In this document: positions 34,660 to 42,444 of the stretch, in pieces
Layout of the letters: each line of letters opens with the position of its first letter
Numbering within the stretch: the stretch's first letter is position 1
Assembly: GCA_016792585.1 (NCBI GenBank)
Contig: JAEULB010000165.1
Coordinates: 4,337 to 68,336 of the forward strand
Length of the DNA: 64,000 nucleotides
Direction: 5' to 3'
Origin: Rhodospirillaceae bacterium
GTDB lineage: Bacteria > Pseudomonadota > Alphaproteobacteria > SHVZ01
Position numbers and translations under genes: made by a program
Notes under the pieces: generated by a model
Told to the model about the DNA's origin: nothing
What the model saw: the letters and a program-made list of their open reading frames with translations, nothing else
The model's database searches: none

Positions 34660-34819
34660 GTCGCCCCTCCTGTTCGAGAAGTCCCCGTGAGATCGCTTCG
34701 CAGCCGCGTCGCGGCCGGCGATTTCGGGCGATCTTGGCATGTCCGGAGGCAGGCGACAAAGCCGCCGGGGCCGAGATGGAACGGCCTCCGGCGACCAACC
34801 CAAGGTGGCGAGAGTGGCC

Positions 34820-35452
34820 TCAGCCGAGGGCGGTGTTCTCGATCCTCGACGCCGTCGCGTAGGCGCGGGGGGCGTTGAACAATTTCTTCAGCATGAAATG
34901 CGCTGGCAGGAAGATCACGATCGGCAGAAACGCCATGTAAACAAAGAGGTAGGCGAGCGGCGAGGTGATCCACTGGGGTGCGCCCATCGGCCCGTAGACC
35001 CAGTTGATGTTCTCCTCGGGCGTGCCGATGAAGAACGAGGCGGGCAGGACCACCAGGGCTAGCGCCGTCTGGGCCCAGTAGGCGCGCGGGTCGTAGCCCT
35101 GGCGGACCAGCATCCAGATCACGATCGCCGGAAAGAACAGGTGGAACAGCGACAGGGCGCGCAGGAAAAGGGGGAGTCGCGTGTCGAACATGTAGGCGGC
35201 AAGGCCGATGTGCCCACCGGTGAAGAAGTCGAGAGTCCAGACGATCTCGAGCGGCAGCACGCCGACCGCCATCATCGAGGCGAGCAGGCGATTGCCGGTC
35301 CAGATCGCGATCAGCGTCACGAACAGGGCGATGTCGGAGAACCAGAGGAAGTTCTGCGGGCCGTACTGACGAAGATAGATCGGGATCAGCACCAGGACGA
35401 AAGCGAGATACGGCAGCTTCACCCAAAGGGGATAGGTGGCCTTGTCGGTCAT
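34820..35452 (-). CDS. Hypothetical integral membrane protein (about 6 TM)
   Basis: 210 aa, strongly hydrophobic segments, high third-position GC. I recognise no family. Confidence 0.7.
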   Translation of the reverse strand: MTDKATYPLWVKLPYLAFVLVLIPIYLRQYGPQNFLWFSDIALFVTLIAIWTGNRLLASMMAVGVLPLEIVWTLDFFTGGHIGLAAYMFDTRLPLFLRALSLFHLFFPAIVIWMLVRQGYDPRAYWAQTALALVVLPASFFIGTPEENINWVYGPMGAPQWITSPLAYLFVYMAFLPIVIFLPAHFMLKKLFNAPRAYATASRIENTALG

Positions 35453-35483
35453 GGGGCGGGGACCTCAATACTTTGTTGCGCCT

Positions 35484-35509
35484 GGAACCTTGAACGCACC
35501 GGTTCGGTT
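35484..35509 (+). promoter_or_regulatory. Weak EcfG-like motif GGAAC-N17-GGTT upstream of the small ORF and isochorismatase-like gene
   Basis: Read directly. The -35 is perfect; the -10 has G instead of C at its first position. About 35 nt upstream of ATG 35544. Confidence 0.2.
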
Positions 35510-35543
35510 CCCTTGGGCACTCCATCGTCACCGGAGAGTCAGG

Positions 35544-35750
35544 ATGCAGATTCGGAAGGCCCGCCGGGACCGGACCCCGCCCCGAGGCGGCCGTCGGGCG
35601 CCCTCGACCGGCACGGGAATCGATGCCGATGATCGAAAGTCAACCGACGACGTCGGGGACTCGCTCACGCTGATGCGCGCCGTGGAGCATCCCGGCGAGT
35701 TCCCGCCGCCGACGTCGCCCAAGGCCGACAAGGGCCGTCACCAGGACTGA
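35544..35750 (+). CDS. Possible small protein (68 aa; basic N-terminus, acidic centre)
   Basis: Internal ATG of track ORF 35436..35750. SD GGAGAG 5 nt upstream. Third-position GC is very high, as in real genes here. The stop lies 4 nt before the next gene. No family recognised. Confidence 0.3.
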   Translation: MQIRKARRDRTPPRGGRRAPSTGTGIDADDRKSTDDVGDSLTLMRAVEHPGEFPPPTSPKADKGRHQD

Positions 35751-35754
35751 GCCG

Positions 35755-36357
35755 ATGGAACGGCTGCCGTTCGGTCCGATCGGCGACCGTGCGCGGCACC
35801 TGTGTATCGACATGCAGCGGCTGTTCGCGCCCGGCGGTCCGTGGCCGACGCCGTGGATGCCAAGGGTACTGCCGGTCGTGGCCGAACTCGCCCAGCGCTT
35901 CGCCGAGCGCACCATCTTCACGCGATTCGTTCCGCCCAGGCGTCCCGAAGACATGCCGGGCGCTTGGCAACGCTACTACCAGCGCTGGCGCGAGGTGACG
36001 CGCGAGAAGCTGGACCCGGCCCTGCTGGAGCTGGTGCCGCCCCTGCTCGAGTTGAGCTCACGTTCGCGCGTGGTCGACAAGCAGACCTACTCCGCGTTCG
36101 CGACTCCCGACCTGGCGCGTGTCCTCCGCCAGGAAGGCGTGAACACCCTGATCGTAACCGGCGCGGAAACCGACGTCTGTGTCCTCGCGAGCGTGCTTGG
36201 GGCAGTCGATCGCGGATATCGGGTAATCGTCGTCACCGATGCCGTCTGCAGCTCGACGGACGAAGGCCACGACGCTCTTCTCGGCCTCTATCGTCACCGT
36301 TTCGACCAGCAGATCGAAACGGCCGATTGCGAAACCGTGATGCGGTCCTGGACGTGA
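35755..36357 (+). CDS. Isochorismatase-family cysteine hydrolase
   Basis: 200 aa. Asp in LCIDMQRLF, Lys in VVDKQTYSAF and the nucleophile in LIVTGAETDVCVLASV form the family's D-K-C triad pattern. Confidence 0.85.
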   Translation: MERLPFGPIGDRARHLCIDMQRLFAPGGPWPTPWMPRVLPVVAELAQRFAERTIFTRFVPPRRPEDMPGAWQRYYQRWREVTREKLDPALLELVPPLLELSSRSRVVDKQTYSAFATPDLARVLRQEGVNTLIVTGAETDVCVLASVLGAVDRGYRVIVVTDAVCSSTDEGHDALLGLYRHRFDQQIETADCETVMRSWT

Positions 36358-36359
36358 CG

Positions 36360-36384
36360 GGAACACCGGTCCTCCGCGGGCGTT
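36360..36384 (+). promoter_or_regulatory. Consensus EcfG-type (alphaproteobacterial general stress response) promoter GGAAC-N16-CGTT
   Basis: Read directly: GGAACaccggtcctccgcgggCGTT. It begins 3 nt after the isochorismatase stop. The -10 lies 29 nt upstream of ATG 36413, which has SD AAGGAG at 8-nt spacing. Confidence 0.6.
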
Positions 36385-36412
36385 AATGCCGCAGGGACAA
36401 GGAGATCGCCAG

Positions 36413-36820
36413 ATGCCGACCAGGCCGAATGCGGGATTCCGCGACGGTAAGACGATCCGGCGGTGGACCACCTACGCCATGCCGCCAAGCGATGACGACA
36501 CAGTCGTCAACAAGGAGCTGTTTCCAAGGCCTCCAGGCCAGGCGACCGAAACGTCGATTGCGCCAGACCCCGTCTTCGCGCCGGTCGACAACAGCCGTCC
36601 CGATCTTCCGGACGAGAACGCTGACGGCCTCGATCCGTTGACCGAAGAGGTCATCCGTCAGGCCGAGGACATCACGACCGGCTCGGACGAGCGCCCGCCT
36701 GGCCTTGACGACACGACGGTCGAGCCGCGCGAAGCGATCGAGAACCAGGGTGAGTTCCCAGGTCTTGCCGATCAGGGCGACGAGTCGCCCAACCCTCGCA
36801 AGCGGAGGAGGAAGTCATGA
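36413..36820 (+). CDS. Hypothetical acidic, Pro/Asp/Glu-rich (probably disordered) protein with a C-terminal KRRRK tail
   Basis: ORF 36386..36820. ATG 36386 sits inside the promoter, so ATG 36413 is preferred. High GC3. No family recognised. Confidence 0.6.
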   Translation: MPTRPNAGFRDGKTIRRWTTYAMPPSDDDTVVNKELFPRPPGQATETSIAPDPVFAPVDNSRPDLPDENADGLDPLTEEVIRQAEDITTGSDERPPGLDDTTVEPREAIENQGEFPGLADQGDESPNPRKRRRKS

Positions 36821-37017
36821 GCAGCAAGATGCCGCCGGTCCCGCCGACGAACCGCAATCCGAAGGATCCGGAGAACGACCCTCAAGTGACGCCGGAGCAG
36901 ATCAAGAACCGGCAGATGGAGCAGTCCAAGTCCGGCGGCGCGCAGGAGAACATCCACCAGAACACCCGGAACCAGGGCAACCCCACGAGCCGCGGCGGCA
37001 ATCCGCACGCGCGTTAG
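36817..37017 (+). CDS. Small hydrophilic protein (66 aa), N/Q/P/K-rich
   Basis: ATGA overlap with the upstream gene. SD GGAGGAGG. High GC3. Sequence ...PPVPPTNRNPKDP...ENIHQNTRNQGNP... resembles small stress-type proteins I recall from Rhizobiales (unverified). Confidence 0.6.
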   Translation: MSSKMPPVPPTNRNPKDPENDPQVTPEQIKNRQMEQSKSGGAQENIHQNTRNQGNPTSRGGNPHAR

Positions 37018-37018
37018 A

Positions 37019-37750
37019 TCATTCTTCGTAGATCATCTTCCGGGTCATGCCGCCGTCGACGACGAAGTTGGCGCCGGTGACGAATCCCGAGCGCCTTTCG
37101 TCCAGCAGATAGGCGACGATTTCGGCGATGTCTCCCGGCTTGCCGACCCGACCGGCCGGATGTTGAAGGTGATCCTTGCGGCGGAGCGACGCGTAGCTCT
37201 TGGTCTCGATCCATCCAGGGCTCACGCAGTTGACGCGGACATCGGGGGCGAGGCTTGCCGCCAGCGAATGGGTGAGAGCCAGCAAGCCGCCTTTCGACGC
37301 CGAATAGGACTCGGTATCGGGCTCGGACATCAGGGCACGGGTGGACGCGACCAGGACCATCGCTCCCTTCGAGCGGCGGAGCGGCCTCTCGGCGGCGCGG
37401 GCGAATAGGAAAGACGCCGTCAGGTTGATGTCGATCACCCGCCGCCAGTCGGAGAGCGTGTGCCGGTGGAGCGGCACACGGTTCATGACCCCGGCATTCG
37501 AGACGACGCCGTCGAGACGGCCGAAGCGCTTCAGGACGGTCGCGACGGCGATCTTCGCCGTCGACTCCTCGGCGACGTTGCCTTGGATGACCTCCGCTTG
37601 GCGCTTCCGGTTGCCGAAGACACGCCCGAGAGCAGCGGCCGACAAGTCGACGGCCCCGATCCGCCAGCCGGCATCGAGGAGGTGGCGCGCGGTCGCACGA
37701 CCGATCCCGCTGGCCGCGCCGGTGACGATCGCGACACGGGACTCCACCAT
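37019..37750 (-). CDS. Short-chain dehydrogenase/reductase (SDR)
   Basis: 243 aa. VAIVTGAASGIGRA Rossmann motif and a YSASKGG catalytic region. Confidence 0.9.
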   Translation of the reverse strand: MVESRVAIVTGAASGIGRATARHLLDAGWRIGAVDLSAAALGRVFGNRKRQAEVIQGNVAEESTAKIAVATVLKRFGRLDGVVSNAGVMNRVPLHRHTLSDWRRVIDINLTASFLFARAAERPLRRSKGAMVLVASTRALMSEPDTESYSASKGGLLALTHSLAASLAPDVRVNCVSPGWIETKSYASLRRKDHLQHPAGRVGKPGDIAEIVAYLLDERRSGFVTGANFVVDGGMTRKMIYEE

Positions 37751-37765
37751 GGACCTCTCTTCAGA

Positions 37766-38269
37766 TCAGCGCGATGCGAGCTGCTGGACGCTCGAATAGT
37801 GCTCGCGGAGCGTTGGCAGCGCCCGCCCGGCGAGGAACTTCAGGCTGCGATTGTCGCCTCCCCGCGCATAGGCGGTAAAGAGGGGGATCGCGTCGCCATG
37901 CATGCGGCTCATCTCGGTCATGAACAGGAGGTCAATCTCGTTGGACGAGGCATTGGCCAGGCGGTCCAGGCGGGACTGGAGATCGGCGTCGAGCCTGTCC
38001 GGCAGACTGAGCTTCGCCGCCGCCGCCGCCTCGAAGATGTAGGCCTTGCCGGTCTCGTAGTCGTCGATGAGCTGCTCGGCGAACTTGCGGACCCGTCGGT
38101 CGGTCGAGCGCTTCAGCAGATGGTCGCTGGCGGCGATCGCGAACTGGCTGGCGGCTGCGGCGCGCTCGGCGAATTCCTGCGAGGTCGGGACCGCCTGAGC
38201 CCGTACCGTCTGGAGTGCGCCGGGGGCGAGAGCGATCAAAATCACGAGCAAGAATTGAACCCGCTTCAC
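37766..38269 (-). CDS. DUF4142-like periplasmic protein
   Basis: ORF 37766..38359. GTG 38269 gives the signal peptide VKRVQFLLVILIALAPGALQTVRAQA. Two helical repeats (VRKFAEQLIDDYETG; FMTEMSRMHGDAIPLF) resemble the DUF4142 pattern. Confidence 0.6.
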   Translation of the reverse strand: MKRVQFLLVILIALAPGALQTVRAQAVPTSQEFAERAAAASQFAIAASDHLLKRSTDRRVRKFAEQLIDDYETGKAYIFEAAAAAKLSLPDRLDADLQSRLDRLANASSNEIDLLFMTEMSRMHGDAIPLFTAYARGGDNRSLKFLAGRALPTLREHYSSVQQLASR

Positions 38270-38367
38270 GACCCGGCTCCCTGTCGACGGTGGCGGCAAG
38301 TGGCCGCTTAACCATCGGGGCCCCGAGGCGTTGCGGGAGGGGCGAGTACAAAATGGCAATCGAGGTG

Positions 38368-39501
38368 CTAGAGCACCCGCTCGCCGTATTTCCTCAGCGC
38401 GGAATCGGAGAGGGTGAGGCCGAGACCGGGTGCGTCGTTCAAGGTCAGCCAGCCATCGGCGATCCTGGGTGGGTTCTCGAACAGCTCGGCCTGCAGCGGA
38501 TCGCGCTCGGGATCGGTGAAGGATTCGACGATCAGCCCTGCCGGGGTCGAGGCGACCAGCTGGGCATGGATGAAGCAGTCGTGATGCGGGGCGACGTGCA
38601 CGTGGTTCAGCTCGCAGAGCGCCGCCAGCTTGCGACCCTCGGTGAAGCCGCCGGCCATGGTGCAGTCGAACTGCAGGATCTGGATCGCCTGCTCCTCCAG
38701 CATCGCCCTGCAGCCATAGCTGGTGAGTTCGCTCTCCCCACCGGAGAGCGGTATTCGAGTGTGACGCGCCAGCAGCTTGAGTTCGCGCCGATCGTCAGCC
38801 CAGCGCACCGGCTCTTCGAGCCAGCGCGGGTTCAGAGGCTCGAGCAGGCGTGCGCCTTCGATCGCGGTCTGGAGATCCCAGGCACGGTTCACGTCGATCA
38901 TCAGATCGCGCTCGGGCCCGATCACCTCGCGGACGACCTCCATCCGCTTCACGTCTTCGGCGAGGCTCAGGCCGCCGACCTTGCCCTTGAAGCCGGTGTG
39001 CCCCTGGGCCTTAAGCTTCTCGATTTCGTCGCGGAGCTCGGCCAGGTCCTTACCGTCGCGGTAGTAGGCGCAGGTGACGTAGCAGGGGACCCGGTCGCGG
39101 AAGCCGCCGAACAACCGGTGGAGCGGCAGGCCCGCCGCCTTGCCGACGATGTCCCAGCAGGCGAGGTCGACCGCGGCGGCGATCCGGATCAGTGGCTCGC
39201 GACCCCAGCCCTTCTCATGTGCGAGGCGCTGCGAGGTCAGCGCGAAGAGCTTCTGGTAGAGACGCTCCGGCGCCAGCGCGTCCGCTCCGACGATCTGCTC
39301 GGCGATGCCGGTCTTGAATGCCTGGATGGCGCCGGCGATCGAGGTGTAGTTGGTCGCGAGGCCGAAGCCCTCGATACCCTCGTCCGTCCTGAGCCGCACC
39401 AGGATCTCGTTGGCGCGCGGCACGACGAAGTGGCTGACCCAGTGCGGCCGGCCGGTTTCGGGCGCGGTCAGGATGAAGGCGTCGAGGCCGATGATCTTCA
39501 T
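38368..39501 (-). CDS. Enolase-superfamily enzyme (mandelate racemase/muconate lactonizing enzyme family)
   Basis: 377 aa. Typical layout: EGIEGFG capping domain, barrel with metal ligands in DVNRAW / LEEP / GGESE contexts. Confidence 0.9.
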   Translation of the reverse strand: MKIIGLDAFILTAPETGRPHWVSHFVVPRANEILVRLRTDEGIEGFGLATNYTSIAGAIQAFKTGIAEQIVGADALAPERLYQKLFALTSQRLAHEKGWGREPLIRIAAAVDLACWDIVGKAAGLPLHRLFGGFRDRVPCYVTCAYYRDGKDLAELRDEIEKLKAQGHTGFKGKVGGLSLAEDVKRMEVVREVIGPERDLMIDVNRAWDLQTAIEGARLLEPLNPRWLEEPVRWADDRRELKLLARHTRIPLSGGESELTSYGCRAMLEEQAIQILQFDCTMAGGFTEGRKLAALCELNHVHVAPHHDCFIHAQLVASTPAGLIVESFTDPERDPLQAELFENPPRIADGWLTLNDAPGLGLTLSDSALRKYGERVL

Positions 39502-39595
39502 TGGATATTTCGCGTCTGAGGGGCTGGGACGGCATGGTGCGCGGCCTCAAGCTCTAGTGCAAACCCTGTTCGGCTCAACTAGCATCCCGGCATCA

Positions 39596-40363
39596 ATGAC
39601 AGCCTTCGTCACCGTCAACGGCACCCGGCTCGAATACCAGCTGATCGATTCCTCCCAGGGGCGGAACGATACACTCGTCTTTCTGCATGAGGGCCTGGGC
39701 TCGGTCGCCGGCTGGCGCGACTACCCGGCGAAGATCGCCGCAGCGACCGGTTGGCGGGTCCTCGCCTATTCGCGTCGGGGCTATGGACAGTCCGACCCGA
39801 TTACGGGGCCTCGCGCGGTCGACTTCATGCACGACGAAGGCCGGATCGTGCTTCCGGCGCTGCTCGACCAACTCGGCATCGACCGTCCGATGCTGATCGG
39901 CCATTCCGACGGTGGGTCGATCTCGTTGATCCATGCCGGCGGCACCGACCGTCCGATCCGTGGTGTCGTCACGCTGGCGGCGCACGTCTTCGTCGAGGAT
40001 CTGACGATCGCCGGCATCGTCGATGCGAAGAAGGCCTTCGAGACGACCGATCTCCGGCAACGCCTGGGTCGCATCCACAAGGACGTGAAGAGTGCCTTCT
40101 GGGGATGGAACGATATCTGGCTGCATCCAGATTTCCGCGCCTGGAACATCGAGGCGTTCCTGCCGACGATCCGCTGCCCGGTGCTGGCGATCCAGGGTGT
40201 CGACGATCAGTACGGGACGCCAGCCCAGGTCGACGCGATCGTTCGTGGTGTCGGCACGAAGGGGCGTGGCCTGATGATCGAGAACTGTCGCCATGCGCCC
40301 CACCGGGAAGCCGAGGCGGCGACGACCAGGGCGATCGTGGATTTCGTGGCAGGGCTCGGATGA
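39596..40363 (+). CDS. Alpha/beta-fold hydrolase
   Basis: ORF 39350..40363. ATG 39596 gives MTAFVTVNGTRLEYQL...LVFLHEGLGS. Nucleophile elbow GHSDGG. Confidence 0.85.
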   Translation: MTAFVTVNGTRLEYQLIDSSQGRNDTLVFLHEGLGSVAGWRDYPAKIAAATGWRVLAYSRRGYGQSDPITGPRAVDFMHDEGRIVLPALLDQLGIDRPMLIGHSDGGSISLIHAGGTDRPIRGVVTLAAHVFVEDLTIAGIVDAKKAFETTDLRQRLGRIHKDVKSAFWGWNDIWLHPDFRAWNIEAFLPTIRCPVLAIQGVDDQYGTPAQVDAIVRGVGTKGRGLMIENCRHAPHREAEAATTRAIVDFVAGLG

Positions 40364-40788
40364 GCGGCCAGGTCTTCCGCTGCACCTTCACGGTGCGCTT
40401 CGGCGACTGCGATCCGGCGGCGATCGTCTTCTATCCCCGCTATGTCGAGATGCTGAACAACGTCTGCGAGGAGTGGTTCGAGACGGCGCTCGATCTTCCC
40501 TGGGGACGGATGCACGCGACCGAGCATCGCGGGATGCCGATCGTCGACCTGCATGTCCGCTTCCTGAAGCCGAGCCGACTCAGTGAGAAGCTCGACTTTG
40601 CGCTCGTCCTGACCCGGCTCGGGCGCAGCGCGGTCGAGCTCGAGATCGTCGCCGAATGCGACGGCGAGCGCCGGCTGGATGCCCGGCTCAAGGTCGTGCA
40701 CAGCGATCTTCGGGAACCGAAGGCGATTCCGATCCCGCCGGATCTGCGCGAGAAGATGAAGCCGTTCCTCGTCGAGGGCGGGACTTAG
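40360..40788 (+). CDS. Hotdog-fold acyl-CoA thioesterase (4HBT/YbgC-like)
   Basis: 142 aa. FRCTFTVRFGDCDPAAIVFYPRYVEM is the 4HBT-type N-terminal catalytic region. ATGA overlap with the hydrolase gene. Confidence 0.85.
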   Translation: MSGQVFRCTFTVRFGDCDPAAIVFYPRYVEMLNNVCEEWFETALDLPWGRMHATEHRGMPIVDLHVRFLKPSRLSEKLDFALVLTRLGRSAVELEIVAECDGERRLDARLKVVHSDLREPKAIPIPPDLREKMKPFLVEGGT

Positions 40789-40792
40789 GGAG

Positions 40793-42442
40793 ATGCCGAT
40801 GTTCGTGTTCGACCGTCATCCCAGCCGCTACAGGCACTGGAAGCTCACCTTCGACGGAGCGGTCGCGACCCTGTCGATGGATGTCGACGAGAATGGCGGG
40901 CTGGTCGAAGGTTACGCGCTCAAGCTCAATTCCTACGATCTCGGGGTAGATATCGAGCTGAGCGACGCGCTCCAGCGGATCCGGTTCGAGCATCCCGAGG
41001 TCAGGACCGTCGTCATCACCTCGGCGAAGGAGCGGATGTTCTGTGCCGGCGCCAATATCTACATGTTGGGCGCCTCCAGCCATGCCTGGAAGGTGAACTT
41101 CTGCAAGTTCACCAACGAGACCCGGAACGGCATCGAGGACTCCTCGCGCCATTCCGGCCTCAAGTTCCTGGCGGCGGTCAACGGCGCCTGTGCGGGCGGC
41201 GGCTACGAGATGGCGCTCGCCTGCGACGAGATCCTGATGATCGACGATCGCTCGTCGACGATCAGCCTGCCCGAGGTGCCGCTGCTCGGCGTCCTGCCGG
41301 GTACCGGGGGCTTGAGCCGCCTCGTCGACAAGCGGAAGGTCCGCCGCGACTTGGCCGACCTCTTCTGCACCAACCCGGACGGCATCCGCGCCGACCGGGC
41401 GAAGGCCTGGGGGCTCGTCGACGCGACCGCAGCCCCTCGCGACATGGTGGCGAAGACCAAGGAGCGGGCGCTCGCTCTTGCTGTCGGGTCGGATCGGCCG
41501 GCGAATGCCAAGGGCGTCGAGCTCACGCCGATCGACCGGCGGATCAAGGACGACAACCGCATCGACTACGATTGCGTCTCGGTCGAGATCGATCGCGCAC
41601 GCCGGATCGCGACGATCATGGTTCGCGCCCCAGAGGTGCTGCCTCCATCCGACATTGCCGCGATCGAGGCGGAGGGCGCCGGCTGGTGGCCGCTCAGGAT
41701 GGCGCGCGAGCTCGACGACGCGATCCTGATGCTGAGGCTGAACGCGCTCGACATCGGGCTCTGGGTGCTTCGGACACGCGGCGACGCCCCGCATGTGGTT
41801 GCCGCCGACACGTCGCTCGCCGAGCATGCCGCGCATTGGTTCGTGCGCGAGACCATCGGGCTGCTTCGCCGGACCCTTGCCCGCCTCGACGTCTCCTCGC
41901 GCAGCCTCTACGCCGTGGTCGACGAGGAGTCGTGCTTTGCAGGGACGTTGGCGGAGCTGCTGATGGCTGCCGACCGCAGCTACATGATCGACCGCACCGC
42001 TTCCGGCGAGGCCGGGCCGAGCCTCATGCTGTCCCAGGCGAATTTCGGCCTCTATCCGACGGTCTCGGGTCGGACGCGGCTGGTGGCCCGCTTCAATGAC
42101 GAGACCGCGCCTGAGAGGCTGAAGGCGCATATCGGCGAGGCTTTCGATGCGCCGGCGGCGCTGGCGGCCGGGCTGGTGACGGTGACGCCGGACGATCTGG
42201 ACTGGGAAGAGGAGATCCGCCTCGCGCTCGACGATCGGGCAAGCCTTTCGCCCGATGCGCTGACCGGCATGGAGGCAAGCCTGCGCTTCGCCGGATCGGA
42301 GACCATGGAGACCAAGATCTTCGGCCGTCTCTCGGCCTGGCAGAACTGGATCTTCAACCGGCCGAACGCGGTCGGCGACAAGGGCGCGCTCAAGCTGTTC
42401 GGGTCCGGCAGCAAGGCCCAGTTCGACTGGCAGAGGGTCTGA
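40793..42442 (+). CDS. boxC: Benzoyl-CoA-dihydrodiol lyase / 2,3-epoxybenzoyl-CoA dihydrolase BoxC
   Basis: 549 aa. HWKLTFDGAVATLSMDVDENGGL..GYALKLNSYDLGVDIEL.DALQRIRFEHPEVRTVV...AWKVNFCKFTNETRNGIEDSSRHSGLKFLAAVNGACAGGGYE matches BoxC as I remember it, nearly residue for residue. Confidence 0.9.
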   Translation: MPMFVFDRHPSRYRHWKLTFDGAVATLSMDVDENGGLVEGYALKLNSYDLGVDIELSDALQRIRFEHPEVRTVVITSAKERMFCAGANIYMLGASSHAWKVNFCKFTNETRNGIEDSSRHSGLKFLAAVNGACAGGGYEMALACDEILMIDDRSSTISLPEVPLLGVLPGTGGLSRLVDKRKVRRDLADLFCTNPDGIRADRAKAWGLVDATAAPRDMVAKTKERALALAVGSDRPANAKGVELTPIDRRIKDDNRIDYDCVSVEIDRARRIATIMVRAPEVLPPSDIAAIEAEGAGWWPLRMARELDDAILMLRLNALDIGLWVLRTRGDAPHVVAADTSLAEHAAHWFVRETIGLLRRTLARLDVSSRSLYAVVDEESCFAGTLAELLMAADRSYMIDRTASGEAGPSLMLSQANFGLYPTVSGRTRLVARFNDETAPERLKAHIGEAFDAPAALAAGLVTVTPDDLDWEEEIRLALDDRASLSPDALTGMEASLRFAGSETMETKIFGRLSAWQNWIFNRPNAVGDKGALKLFGSGSKAQFDWQRV

Positions 42443-42444
42443 CG

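Noticed and set aside
35493-35511. GGAAC...CGTT on the minus strand upstream of the membrane-protein gene (part of an imperfect GGAACC...GGTTCC inverted repeat)
   Set aside because: The spacer is only 10 nt, incompatible with the 16-17 nt spacing of EcfG-type promoters. It is probably just one arm of the inverted repeat or hairpin.
35644-35656. 13-nt palindrome CCGACGACGTCGG in the spacer/small-ORF region
   Set aside because: It lies inside the candidate 68-aa ORF, is short and GC-rich, and such palindromes are expected by chance in this composition. There is no supporting context.
36386-36412. ATG 36386 as the start of the acidic hypothetical protein
   Set aside because: It lies 2 nt after the -10 CGTT of the consensus EcfG-type promoter and has no SD. 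ATG 36413 has AAGGAG at 8-nt spacing. ATG 36386 remains possible only if the gene is expressed by read-through from the isochorismatase-like gene.
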